Positions 9,706-20,459 of a DNA stretch of 37,138 nucleotides are shown here, piece by piece; the stretch's first letter is position 1, and the number at the start of each line of letters is the position of its first letter. The notes under the pieces are model-generated. The model was given only the letters and a program-made list of their open reading frames with translations, searched no databases and was not told where the DNA came from. The translations under genes were made by a program, and so were the position numbers. The stretch comes from Salisapilia sapeloensis CBS 127946. Lineage: Eukaryota; Protista; Oomycota. Location of the stretch: assembly GCA_023334545.1 (NCBI GenBank), contig JAADVB010000191.1, forward strand, positions 1 through 37,138. Reading direction: 5' to 3'.

Positions 9706-9875
9706 CTTGTCTGCCTCCTACGTCGATCGATTTATGCTTTGTGTTTTGTCTTTCTTTTTCTTTTCTTTGGTCCAGGAGATCTTGAAGAGTCGCATAATGT
9801 AAAATGGCATAAATGATCAAATTAGCTTTCCACTACCTGCCGAGATGGACTTCAAAGCCTTTTAAACAATGTATT

Positions 9876-10394
9876 TTAATTTCGATTAACGTTCATGACA
9901 GCATCTACAAGTCTTGGAAATGCGGCTTCGTCCGGTTGAGGATATAGCTGTAGAGAGCTCAAGTCCATCTTTTGTAGCATGTCTGGTAGCCCCTTGCAGT
10001 CGGTTTGTAGGCAATACTGCATTTCAGCCATTGCTTCTGCTAATTCTACTTGATGGTTGTCCATGAGTGCGGTGTTGACGACTACGAGAAGACTTTTCTG
10101 CATCGATAGCGCATCCATGATCGACCCAGCGCCAGCATGACTGATCACAAGGTCTGCTTTTGCCATATCGTCTTTGTATTGCGGATTGTAGCGGTAAAAA
10201 TCGATCTTTAATCCAGGCACAGTGTCAACGCTGCTTTGTGGCTCATGCTCACCGTGACCGATTTGCATCAGTATGCGAGTGAAGCCTTTGTCTCTTAGAG
10301 CACGGAGGCATACTTGACTGTCGAGCGTTTCAATGAGCGCGTCGAATCGCGTCGTGCCGACCGTCACGAAGACACTCTTGGCCTCTCCTTCCAT
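9876..10394 (-). CDS. ALG13: UDP-N-acetylglucosamine transferase subunit ALG13 (glycosyltransferase 28 C-terminal domain)
   Basis: VFVTVGTTRFDALI, QIGHG, DLVISHAGAGS and VVVNTALMDNHQVELA motifs. 172 aa, intronless. Confidence 0.95.
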   Translation of the reverse strand: MEGEAKSVFVTVGTTRFDALIETLDSQVCLRALRDKGFTRILMQIGHGEHEPQSSVDTVPGLKIDFYRYNPQYKDDMAKADLVISHAGAGSIMDALSMQKSLLVVVNTALMDNHQVELAEAMAEMQYCLQTDCKGLPDMLQKMDLSSLQLYPQPDEAAFPRLVDAVMNVNRN

Positions 10395-10541
10395 TGTTCG
10401 GAATGCAGTTCGAAATCTATTTTAGAGGGGTAAATTACACGTAAATTAAATTCCGGTGGTGCTTTCGCGGTGGACGGAACGAATGCCGCTTGATCGTTTG
10501 ATGCAAATGGGATTCCATCGTAGATTTTATATTGCTCCAAT

Positions 10542-10971
10542 TTAGTTTTCACCCGTCTCCTGACTACCTGCGGGGGCTGGAATGGACTTTTGCATCTTTT
10601 GCTCGTACTGCTGGCGGGTCCAAGTCTTCATCTGTAGAGCGTGAATACGCGTCATTTCTTCCTTGAGGCAATCGTTCACTCGACGCTGTCGTTCAAGCAG
10701 TCCTTGACCTACGGCATGCTCATCAGGAAGTAACTTTAGAGTATACTGCCAAAAGCTTAGTACCTTCAAAGCCATCGTGCACGACGATGAGGCTAAATTT
10801 ACTACCGCATCCGTCAGAAAGGTCTTCGGCTTCGACATGCAGAGCACCCATTTGCTACATGAAGATCATTGACGTCAGCATCTATACAGAACAACTTGCC
10901 GAGTTGAATAAGAAGGGAAGACAAACCTCTTTCAGCTTGGACTCGAGCTGCGCTGGCGTGATGATACTCAT
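10542..10971 (-). CDS. BOLA2: BolA-like protein, BOLA2 type (3 exons)
   Basis: Spliced product MSIITPAQLESKLKEQMGALHVEAEDLSDGCGSKFSLIVVHDGFEGQGLLERQRRVNDCLKEEMTRIHALQMKTWT. The DLSDGCG motif, F.G..LL.R.R.VN and IHAL.+KT are BOLA2 signatures. Confidence 0.9.
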
Positions 10972-11080
10972 CCTTTTTCTTCGGCTTTGCGAATGGTGTG
11001 TGTCTCGTTTTCTAAGCCGTTGCGAACGAACATTTGCAACATCTTGTTCAAAACATTGGACTACATTTTAGTATGCTACT

Positions 11081-11092
11081 TTTGGCGCCAAA
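11081..11092. promoter_or_regulatory. Palindromic E2F-type site TTTGGCGCCAAA in the BOLA2/UNG divergent promoter
   Basis: Perfect 12-bp palindrome containing TTTGGCGC on both strands, 33 nt upstream of the first UNG ATG. Confidence 0.5.
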
Positions 11093-11125
11093 GCTCTGAT
11101 CAAAATCAAATTCGATTGCTATTGC

Positions 11126-12130
11126 ATGCATCGACCGCTCTTCACTCGTCCTCTGTCTTCCTCGTCTCTTTACTACAGCTCTAGCCTTCCGAATTTGCCT
11201 CAAGCCATGAAAAAGTCCCGAGATATTCGATCCTTTTTTACCGGAGACACGTCACAGCGAGACTCCAAGCGTCAGAAGACAGCGACAGTGACTGAAAATG
11301 ACAATAAGCAGAACACTACAGCCTCTCCACCTAATGCTATTGTCTCTCCCGATACAACCAAGATCGATGATGCAAAGGAAGCAGATCCTGAGCCATCTAA
11401 ACCACCATCGCCGTCAGAACTCAATTCGTATGAGAATGTGGCCGTGAATGCCAAGTACCTCATGGGCGAGTCATGGTTTCACGTATTGGAGAAGGAGACG
11501 AAGAAGCAGTCATTTAAGAGTATCACTTCTCTACTCCAGAAAGAATGCTTGAAGGAAAAGATATATCCCCCAGCGAAAGACGTTTTCGCTGCTTTGCGCG
11601 ATTGTCCTTTCGAAAACGTCAAAGCCGTGATCCTCGGCCAGGACCCATATCACGGTCCGAATCAGGCCCATGGTCTCAGTTTCTCTGTTAGACAAGGCAT
11701 CCCGCCTCCACCGTCTCTCAGAAACATCTATAAAGAAGCCATCAGTGACGTTCAGATCGATCGTCCAACGCACGGTTGCTTGTCTTCTTGGAGCGAACAG
11801 GGTGTGCTGTTATTAAACACTGTGCTGACAGTGAAGGATGGAAAGCCGAACGTGTATAAGAAGAAAGGATGGGAACCGTTCACCGACGCAGTGATTCGAG
11901 CCATTAGCTTGCAGCGTGACCATGTCGTCTTCTTCTTATGGGGGAAACCTGCGCAAGAGAAACTAGCACTCATCGACTCGAGCAAGCATCTCGTCATTAA
12001 GAGTAGCCATCCGTCGCCATTGGGCGCAACGAAGACGAACATGCCTTTTATCGGAAGCAAATGCTTCTCCAGAGCGAACACGTACTTGACGGAACACGGC
12101 AAAGATGCTATCGATTGGAATGTAAAGTGA
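11126..12130 (+). CDS. UNG: Uracil-DNA glycosylase family 1 (334 aa, intronless)
   Basis: GQDPYHG, AHGLSFSV, GVLLLNTVLTV and HPSPL motifs. N-terminal PIP-box-like DIRSFF follows a second ATG at 11207. Confidence 0.97.
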   Translation: MHRPLFTRPLSSSSLYYSSSLPNLPQAMKKSRDIRSFFTGDTSQRDSKRQKTATVTENDNKQNTTASPPNAIVSPDTTKIDDAKEADPEPSKPPSPSELNSYENVAVNAKYLMGESWFHVLEKETKKQSFKSITSLLQKECLKEKIYPPAKDVFAALRDCPFENVKAVILGQDPYHGPNQAHGLSFSVRQGIPPPPSLRNIYKEAISDVQIDRPTHGCLSSWSEQGVLLLNTVLTVKDGKPNVYKKKGWEPFTDAVIRAISLQRDHVVFFLWGKPAQEKLALIDSSKHLVIKSSHPSPLGATKTNMPFIGSKCFSRANTYLTEHGKDAIDWNVK

Positions 12131-12158
12131 TTCATATACTGTCTTCAGAGGTGCAAAG

Positions 12159-14299
12159 TTAATCTATCAGTGTCATGACGTTGGCGCCACCGACGACGTC
12201 AAAGTGGGCAGAAGCCAATTCCGGACGATCGTTCTTCCCTTCGAATCCACCAAACTCGTTCCCACCATTGTTCATCTCCTTTGCACACTTGTTCTTAAGC
12301 TCTAGCAACGAAAGCAATTGTTCAAACTTTCGACGTTGCTGACCTAGCTCCGACGCATTTTCCTTTAAATGCTTTTGCTGCTTCCGCAATTCTTTCGTCA
12401 ATACTTCTTGCTGTGCGACTTTATGCTTGTACAAGTCCTGAAACGTTTTCATATCTCGAAGTAGATGCCCTTCACCGACTTCAAAAGCTTTCTCCTGCTG
12501 AACCTTTTCAGCCTTGCCTTTGACGATCTCCATTTCGCAATTTAACGTATGATACTGCCGCTCCTCTCGAAGACAATCGTCCTGGAAAGCTTGGCATTCC
12601 TGTTCCAGTTTCAATCGTTCCGTTTCTAATCCAACGGCTGTGTGTTCATACTGAGCTTTACGCTCCAAGTAGATCTGTTCCATATCTTGGTACTTTGCAC
12701 GAACAGCACGAAGTTCTTTGATTTGTGGAGCTAATGCGTTCTTTCGCTCTTTTAAAGTATGGTTTAAGTCCGTCACGGTTTTGGAAACCTCTTCAAGTGT
12801 CTGCTCTTTGACCTCTTCCATCACGTCTGACACTGCCGACGCATTCTTCTCAGATGACTCGGTCTGCTTATTAGCCTCCATTTCCTTCTCAAAGACATCC
12901 AAGTTCGGTAGTTTGCTTTTGAGCAATTGTTCCGTCCGATGCAGCACGACGGATTCGGCAGTTAGCTCAGCTAGCTCATTCTTACTGCGCTTGTACTGGT
13001 TCGTTTTGTTTCTAAGAGTCGTAGCGTACTGCTTGAACTGCTCTCGACTCATGAATTTACCATTGCTCATACTTCCTTCGTGCAGTTTTGCTTCCGTTTC
13101 GTCAATCTGTTGCTGCAATTGGTTATTAGACGCTTGCTTTGCTTTAACTTGCTCTTCTTTATCCATCCGTTTCTTCGTTTGAGCTACTGCGTGCTGACGA
13201 AAGATGGCGAGTTTATCATCACCTGCTTTCTCTTGGGCCTCTGCTATCTTTCGCTGGAGCGATGAGATAGCTTGCTGTAGTCCAGAGATTTCATCCTCCA
13301 AGTCTACTAGATCAGCCTCCGTCTTTGCAGGCTCCGATAAAGTCTTCTCCAGACGCTCCAAAGTCGCGTGTTGGGCTTTAAATTCATCCGGAAACCTTGT
13401 CGTCAGCATTTCCCGCTGTCTAGCAATTTGAGACTGCAATTGCTCTACGAGAGCTTCCGGTGAAGCATCCTGTTTCAACGTCGCCCGAAGTTCGCTCAAT
13501 TTTAGCTCAGCGTCCGATACCTTCTTCTCCGCCATGGACAGAGCAGTCATTTGGTCACGCTTGCGGTCAGCCAGTCCAGCTTGCTTTTCCTGTTCCTTAC
13601 GAAGAGAGCTCGTAGCTTCTAGCAGCTCCGAAAACCCTTTTTCAGTCGAAGTCTTCTTACGCAAGTGCGCTATCTTCTCTTCGAGCTGACCGCCTTCATC
13701 TTCCAGTTGCGAAATTTCTCGTCGAAGTTCCGCAGGCCGTGACTTGGACGTTCGTAGTCTATCCACTTGCTTATGAACTTGCTTGAACTCATTCTGGAGC
13801 TCTTGTAGTTGCTCCTGCATCCGCTGAAGTTCTAGTACGATTTGAATTAAATAAATATGAACTATCTAGTGGAATTGCGTTGCAGTAGTCTACCAGGATC
13901 GGCGAAAAACTCTTGTGGAATGGGAAGTGGACCGAGGAAGCGACCTAGATACGCCCTCTTCTTGTGACTTCCAAGGCTCTTGAGTAACCAGTGGAGGATT
14001 GGATATACGGCTCGCTTGTCACCTTGATCCAAAGCATCTCGAAAGCTTTCTAGCTCTTCACCGGAAGCTGGAAGTGGAAACTTAAGCAATTGTAGAAATT
14101 CGAGAATCCGCTGCGTCCTTACTTCATCCGGTTCCTTTCGTACGTCGATGTCATGCTTGTTACCGTCAAGTTCGACAAGTACGAGGTTGACGACACGTAG
14201 TAGATCGAATCCGACTTTTTCATCAAACTCGACGAGCGTCAATCCTAAACGAAAGGGAGGTCTGTTCAAGTGTTCAACAATGGCTTGTAGCTCGCTCAT
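12159..14299 (-). CDS. IFT81: Intraflagellar transport protein 81 (exons 14299-13894, 13831-12159; 692 aa)
   Basis: N-terminal CH-like MSELQAIVEHLNRPPF..LTLVEFD...LQLLKF...GDKRAVYPILHWLL....KKRAYLGRFL, then long coiled coils with FKQYATTLRNKTNQYK and KERKNALAPQIKELR. The 62-nt GT-AG intron joins the two ORF-track ORFs in frame. Confidence 0.93.
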
Positions 14300-14589
14300 A
14301 GTCGTAAAGTAGAATGAAGGGACGGGAGGTTTCCACCACCTCTTGACCAAATCTAAAACCGACAAACACATAAGCTCCACACATCATACGCTGAGTTGTA
14401 TTTCAGCTTTCGACAACGCTGCGTGTTCTATCTACCTTCCAACAGAAATGAAAAGAACTTAACAAAGTAGGAAAATCTCATGCCTAAACATGTGCTACAG
14501 GACACTGCTCTAGGACGCGCTCACTCCATCCCTAGTACATACCTCACATTAATATACATATACAAGATACATCAATATACAAGCCAAAC

Positions 14590-17500
14590 TTACATTCGGA
14601 AGGCTTCCGCTAGCTTGTACGAATCAAAGGTCGAGTGGATGCTGACGATCGCACCGTTTGAGATCGTCAGAATGTCACAACTCTCTTCCGTCACGATCTG
14701 GCTGTTCCTCAGAATGCGGAACGTCTGGGATGTCATCACGACCGCTGTCTCCTCGTCTTCGTCAATCACGATCCGCAGCACGCGTCCGCCACTACGCTCT
14801 GCCGTCTCGTCTCGAAGCTTCCAGTACTCACACAAGCGCTTGTACCCATGGAACTCTCCCCAGTACGGCACGCAGTCCGGCAGATTGGAGCTCAAGACAC
14901 ATTCGCTCGAGACAGCATCGATCTTGCCTTCACTCCAGAACGGAGGAGGCGCATCCACTGGCGTCGTGAACTTTAACGACGGGCCGAAAAGGTACTTGTA
15001 GAACTCGACGACGAGCGACTTCATCTCGCCCTTGTTCATGATAATCGAGTTGCTCAGTCCGCTCGAGTCACTGCCGCTACCAGAGCTCAGGCGACCGCTC
15101 AGCGGCGGGTGGGTGCTCTTCAGGTCTTCACCCACGAGAGACGTCCGCTTGGGAGCAGGCGCCCCAACGGCCGCCACGATCTCCGTCAGCCACACTAGTC
15201 GCGTGTCGATCGAGTCCACAAGCACCATGAACGCACCATGTCCTTGCGTATTGATCTGGAAGCCGTAGACGTCTTCCTGTCCAGTAGCCACGAGCGGCAG
15301 TCCTTCCGTAACGTTCACCGGTCGCGCCGTGCCTCGGACAAATGTCCTGTCCTTGGCATGCGTGTCCGTGAGATAGTACGACAAGGATCCTTGCTCCTTA
15401 TCCAGGACAAAGTAGAATCGCTCCCACAACTGCCGCTGCCCAGTCTCGGGGTACTTGCTCTTGTACATGTATCCGGACGTAATAACATTCATCTTATCCT
15501 CGTTCTCCCCATACGACAGCGGCACGTCGTGGACATGCACGCCGCCATCATGCGCTACGAATGCTGCAATGTCATCTCCTTGAGACGTGTCCACCGTCAC
15601 TACTTCGCTATGCTGGCTGCTGCGTCCAGGCGACGCCATGTACGGCTCGTTGGATAGTGCCAGGAGCTTGCTATCAGGCTTAGTACCGCCAGGCGTCGTC
15701 ACGAGACTCTTCCGCAGTCGCTTGAACATCGAGTTCCAGCTACCAAAGGACGATCGGTTCGTTGTCTCTCCGTCCTTCTTATCTGTCGTCGAGCCAGTGG
15801 AGCTCGATCGCTGCGGGAAGCTCGGACGCTCCGGCATCTTGATGACTGAACCGAGACGCATGGGGGTCTTGAAGACAGGAGACTGGAGGACGGTCTTAAA
15901 GTACCCAGACGAGCTGCGTCCACGGTCAGAAGAGCTCTCCTTGGGTTCTTCTTCCTCGTCTTCTACTGGCTGCTCCTCTACCGGTTCGTCCTCTGGGATG
16001 GCAGGTGGCGTCGGGCCTGGATCCGACATGGTGCCTGTCATCTGACGCCAACTGGCGTTGCGTCGACACAAGGACCGGACCTGTGCATTGTTCTGGGATG
16101 GCGTATCGTGCGATAACACTTCATCTAGCGCATCTTTGAGGATGGCAGCGTAGGGACGCAAGGCCGGGACGTCGCTCTTGGCGCGGATGATAATGTCGAC
16201 GACGGACAGGGCAGTGGAGTTCGGCTGCTTCTCCGCTTGGGCCACGACTTGCTCTAGATCTCCGTCATCTCCTTCTTCCGATTCACCAAAGAGGTCTTTC
16301 GTCAACGGACAGTTTCTCGCTCGATTCTCCTCTGCATCTCGAAGGACGTAGGCAACGGCCGGGACGACGTGGATCATCATCATATCAAATGACGGTCGGA
16401 ATAAAAGGACTTGTAGGTACTTTTGCATCAACTTGGCGTCATGCAACGCTTTGTTCACATGTTCGTCGTTGATATAGATGAGAGCGTAGAGGTACTTGGA
16501 TAGAGCAATGCAAACGGAAGGAGGAAGCACTTTACTGTCGACATCCAACTGATCGACGTACGCACTGCTCGTTCCACATGCACACTCGATCACTTTACTC
16601 CACAGCGACCGACCTTTCGAGAGAGAAGCGAGGTTGTACATGGCATTCTCCGCCGTCGAGTCTCGAGGAGACGACGCATAATTGTCTGCATGGGATCCAC
16701 TGAAGCGACTGTATCCAAATGCTGCATCTGCTCGTTCCTCATCACTGTCCGAGTCAGAGGACAGCGTGCGTCCTCGGTCTTTCTTGACTTCCATCTCTTC
16801 CTCGATATCCGAATCACAGTCGGCATAGTGTTTCGACGACAAGACTAAGAGCTCTGTGACGACGTGAATGACTAGTGAATATGAAGCTTCCTTGTCCTTA
16901 TCACTTCGAATGGCCTGTAGTTCCTCGACAGCATTCTCAAACAACAATTCTAGCGAATCCGGGTGCTTACTCAATTCGTCCAAAAGCATGTACTGGAGAA
17001 AGTTGTGATATCCGTGTGTCATGCTTTCAAACCCTCGGATCGTCCCGAATTGATCCCTGACAAAGTACTTGGATAGATAGACACCTCCTTCTCGCCTGCA
17101 AAAGGAACCGAGACGATCTGCTTGATTCGCCTGGAGCATGTCGACGAGTAGACTTGCGCAGTTCTCCACGAGTTCGCTGTTCAGTGGTTTCTTCACATCA
17201 ACTCGTGTGGCCTGGATAAGCAAAGGAGCAACGATCTGCATGGCGTCGTTTCGACCAGTGATCGGATGCACGCTCTCATACGACTGGAGGATGAGCGTTA
17301 GCATGTACTTGACGGTATTCGAGTAGAGGTGAGGAACGACGAGAGGCAAGAGTGGACGCAGGACATTGTCCACGTATCCGTCTTCGAGACAAAAGCCGTC
17401 GTGGAGACGTACGAGCGCTTTACTAAAGAAGAGTAGCTGCATCTCATCTAACGGCGCTTTGGCTTCAAACAACGAGTAGAGCAACTTCCACTTGCCAATG

Positions 17501-18222
17501 TCTGCTGGTTCGAGACAACCAAAGACGGCCGAGGTGGTCGAGTGGGAACCGGCCGAGCTGTCGGAGGAAAAGGACTCGTACAGATCGTCATCTCCGGTAT
17601 AGAGTTTCATGATAATTTCAGAGCAAATAAAGTGGCGTTTGTAGTACCCATACTCTTCATGCGGTTCTCCTTCAAAGACAGGAGGCGCGATGAACGCACG
17701 CAGGACGTCTTCCACGACTTCTGGCATTAATAACCACAGACGAATGTCCGAGTCGGAATCTTCCAAGACCTCGAGGATCGGATCTATGCCCATCTGTAGG
17801 AAATAGTCGAGCGATAGTTTCTCCTGTTGGCCAGAAGAAGATAGGAACGCATCGTCGCCATAGGCGGGAAGAGACCGTCGTCGGAAGGTGTCGGCATCAT
17901 CGACGAACTTGGACAAGCTGCCAGAACGTCCAGATCGACTGGCAAGCACTTCCATCTCGTTCACTGAAAATGTCAGCGTCGGGGGAACGGATGGACCTTG
18001 CGACGGCGATCGAGAGGGAGAGTGCTCTGCTTCCGTCACGTCCGCCGCCGGATCCGTCTCAGACGAGCTAGTCTGCGCATGATCCTCGTGGATCGAGGTG
18101 AGCTGGTCCGTGTCGACGGGGGGAGGTCGCGCTGCATCCTGTGTCGCGTCACTGTCTCCATTTGCATTAGATATCTCGGCCACAGGGTCTGTCTGCGGCG
18201 GCACTGGCGGTGGGTCTTCCAT
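14590..18222 (-). CDS. Multidomain protein: SAPS (PP6/Sit4 regulatory subunit)-like domain + PH domain + C-terminal SnoaL/NTF2-like domain (~1210 aa)
   Basis: SAPS-like LLMPEVVEDVL..PP...YK..ICSEI and LDEMQLLFFSKAL. PH GYMYK..QLWERFYFVL...YGFQI...TRLVWLTEI. SnoaL-like VPYWGEFHG...ISNGAIVSIHSTFDSYKLAEAF. The ORF is open from ATG 18456, but a likely 61-nt intron (18236-18296) favours the start at 18222. Confidence 0.7.
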   Translation of the reverse strand: MEDPPPVPPQTDPVAEISNANGDSDATQDAARPPPVDTDQLTSIHEDHAQTSSSETDPAADVTEAEHSPSRSPSQGPSVPPTLTFSVNEMEVLASRSGRSGSLSKFVDDADTFRRRSLPAYGDDAFLSSSGQQEKLSLDYFLQMGIDPILEVLEDSDSDIRLWLLMPEVVEDVLRAFIAPPVFEGEPHEEYGYYKRHFICSEIIMKLYTGDDDLYESFSSDSSAGSHSTTSAVFGCLEPADIGKWKLLYSLFEAKAPLDEMQLLFFSKALVRLHDGFCLEDGYVDNVLRPLLPLVVPHLYSNTVKYMLTLILQSYESVHPITGRNDAMQIVAPLLIQATRVDVKKPLNSELVENCASLLVDMLQANQADRLGSFCRREGGVYLSKYFVRDQFGTIRGFESMTHGYHNFLQYMLLDELSKHPDSLELLFENAVEELQAIRSDKDKEASYSLVIHVVTELLVLSSKHYADCDSDIEEEMEVKKDRGRTLSSDSDSDEERADAAFGYSRFSGSHADNYASSPRDSTAENAMYNLASLSKGRSLWSKVIECACGTSSAYVDQLDVDSKVLPPSVCIALSKYLYALIYINDEHVNKALHDAKLMQKYLQVLLFRPSFDMMMIHVVPAVAYVLRDAEENRARNCPLTKDLFGESEEGDDGDLEQVVAQAEKQPNSTALSVVDIIIRAKSDVPALRPYAAILKDALDEVLSHDTPSQNNAQVRSLCRRNASWRQMTGTMSDPGPTPPAIPEDEPVEEQPVEDEEEEPKESSSDRGRSSSGYFKTVLQSPVFKTPMRLGSVIKMPERPSFPQRSSSTGSTTDKKDGETTNRSSFGSWNSMFKRLRKSLVTTPGGTKPDSKLLALSNEPYMASPGRSSQHSEVVTVDTSQGDDIAAFVAHDGGVHVHDVPLSYGENEDKMNVITSGYMYKSKYPETGQRQLWERFYFVLDKEQGSLSYYLTDTHAKDRTFVRGTARPVNVTEGLPLVATGQEDVYGFQINTQGHGAFMVLVDSIDTRLVWLTEIVAAVGAPAPKRTSLVGEDLKSTHPPLSGRLSSGSGSDSSGLSNSIIMNKGEMKSLVVEFYKYLFGPSLKFTTPVDAPPPFWSEGKIDAVSSECVLSSNLPDCVPYWGEFHGYKRLCEYWKLRDETAERSGGRVLRIVIDEDEETAVVMTSQTFRILRNSQIVTEESCDILTISNGAIVSIHSTFDSYKLAEAFRM

Positions 18223-19050
18223 GATACTGTAAAACCTATAAACATTTTCGTAGGTATGCAATGCATCGTTTGGATAGGAAGATGCTTGCAATGTACCTGT
18301 GATTTGTGGCGGGAGAAAAGGAGGATTGCGTCTTGTGTCCTTCGTGCCACCTTTGCCAAGTCCCGTTCTCTGCCCCCCTTCGCTCTTACCGTAGGTGGCT
18401 CTAAATGACGTGGTTTTTGTATGTAGACCAATGACGACAGAAGGGGAAGGGGCCATCGAGGATTATGGCCAATGGCGACATTGCTGTGCCATTGCCCTGG
18501 TTTCCCGAGCTGAACGCCACGCTTGACTGTAGCTCTCGGCGACATGGAAGCAATTCAAGTTAGTGGAGACTTTACTTAGCATGAGCAGTAAGAGACAGAG
18601 TTATTGGTTGGCTTGATTGCATGTCTCCAGATGAGATAGAGCATGCATGGTTGATCCTAGTATCGATGGCTCTAGCTCCTTTTCCGATGTCCATCATGAT
18701 CTTTACGCTTCCATAGTCATTTGTATCTACAATCACTCGGGTTCTACCACCCTCCATGCCTTATCACTTTACTATCCTGGCTTCTTGTGCACCCATTCTG
18801 TGCCAACTGGGATATACAACGCAGCTTTATGAGTAATACGATAGACATGACCATCTTCTTGGAGCAACCCAACGTTATGTGCACAATGGCTTCTCCATTT
18901 GACGTCCCCATGAAGCTCTACGCCATGACAACGTTTCTTCCATCGTGTCCACGACAACTTCAACTGGACTACAACCCGACAAACGCGCGTATCGCGGTGA
19001 CTTATGTGGGACGAGCCCTTTACCCAAAACAAGATGTCCTACAGACGACG

Positions 19051-19060
19051 CTGATTGGCT
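19051..19060 (+). promoter_or_regulatory. CCAAT box (CTGATTGGCT) upstream of the ELMO-domain gene
   Basis: Lies about 83 nt upstream of ATG 19143. The same sense-strand TGATTGGCT lies 53 nt upstream of RPA3 (29082-29090). CCAAT is a known oomycete core-promoter element. Confidence 0.45.
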
Positions 19061-19142
19061 CAATGTCATGAGTCAGGTACACATCCGGTACAGTAGCTGC
19101 TAAATTTTATCTCGGGTGAGAGTCATTACTATACCGCTCTGC

Positions 19143-20430
19143 ATGGACGCTTCTCGTCCGCTACTCGGTTCCAGAGGATCCGAAGCACGCGCACATCGGT
19201 ACAATGGACTCACTTGCTTCGACAAAGTATGTCTAGTCTGCTGTGGCTGCTTTGGCGATGAAGAAAGCTTCTTTAACGTCGCGTGTGGAAGTCGATATAA
19301 CATCGTGTCGATTGACAGTACGTCGAGTACGAGTGCGAGCGAGTTCTTCGGGACGGAAGAGTACTCGCCTCTATCAGGTAGTGCTCGAGTGACGACGAGT
19401 CGTTCGCTAAGCTGCTGGCACTGGGTGTTTCCAGACCGCATGCACGACTATGAAGACTTTGCATCCACGGCCCAAGTACATCGTCTATCGCTCTTTATTC
19501 CTATTGCTGTACTCAGATATGCCCGATGTAGATGGAAGAGATTTATTATATCCGTCAGAAAGCTAGACAAGTGTTCGACACTCAATCCAATGGTTCTTTG
19601 TATGATTGTCTACTAGAGTCCTATAGCCTACTGACAGCTTCACAGAGGATGGTGAGATGCTGAAAAGACTATGGCGAGGTTTCTTTCCTATGCTACCGTA
19701 CGAACGTCGGTTGGACACGAGATGGAAAGAGGTTGGGTTCCAGGTACATCCCATCTAGCTACTAAACGCAAGAAAGGAATTAAAACTTGCACATAGAATG
19801 AAGATCCGGCATCCGACCTGCGTTCATCAGGACGACTTGCACTCTCCCTCCTGGTCTACTTTGCAGACCACATGAACGACGAGCTACAAGTAGTATTTCT
19901 ATCACTAAAGACATACGTATACAGTGTATTGACAAAAACTGCATCAGAGGATGGTAGAGGAGAACCATTTCCCATTCTGCCTCTGTGCGCTCAATCTCAT
20001 TGAGACGCTGCTGGTTCATTTGAATCTAAAGATGCCACCACCACTTCTGTGTCCGTGCTGCGGGACACAATTTAATGAGCTCGAGGCGTCTTATCCAAGT
20101 CGCTCTCGTCCAGAGTTGAAAGGGTTCTTGTCCCTCGTCTCAGACTCTGCTTGCCTAGGAAGTACGCATCGACTCGTATCGACACAGTGGCCGGTGGATG
20201 TCGCTTTAGCACAAGTGTTTGCGCACTCGATGCTCGTGATGGACGCGCAGTGGCGTCAATTGACGAGAAAGAACCCAAAGATGACGTTGATGGATTTCCG
20301 ACAGGCATTGGAAGGCACATGCAAGAGTTTGATCAAGTTCTTGGCGAGAGACGACGTGGACATGTCGATTGATAAACTGAGAAAGTGGAGTTGGGACGAA
20401 TGTCAAGGCCAGCGATTGGAATATTGTTAA
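19143..20430 (+). CDS. ELMO/CED-12 domain protein (ELMOD-like ARL/ARF GAP; 4 exons)
   Basis: Spliced core MLKRLW...RWKEVGFQ|NEDPASDLRSSGRLALSLLVYFA...FPFCLCALNL matches the ELMO W..+GFQ..DP..D.R..G.L.L..L.YF motif. The intron-1 boundaries near 19571-19637 are ambiguous. Confidence 0.85.
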
Positions 20431-20459
20431 TTTGAAATGCGATGTAGGGTGCAAAGTTA

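Noticed and set aside
12718-13431. Long antisense ORFs over IFT81, and likewise over the SAPS fusion (14480-16045), PDHX, MCM3 (27969-28508), amidohydrolase and SEC66
   Set aside because: These are shadow ORFs expected opposite GC-rich or coiled-coil coding sequence. Their composition is Ser/Phe-rich and non-protein-like.
18540-19075. Unexplained ~530-nt stretch with several short ORFs. One minus-frame segment (QEDGHVYRITHKAALYIP) faintly recalls a Gypsy pre-integrase region.
   Set aside because: No consistent spliced model, no HHCC/DDE motifs, no LTRs or TSDs. Left unassigned; tBLASTx against repeat libraries would settle it.
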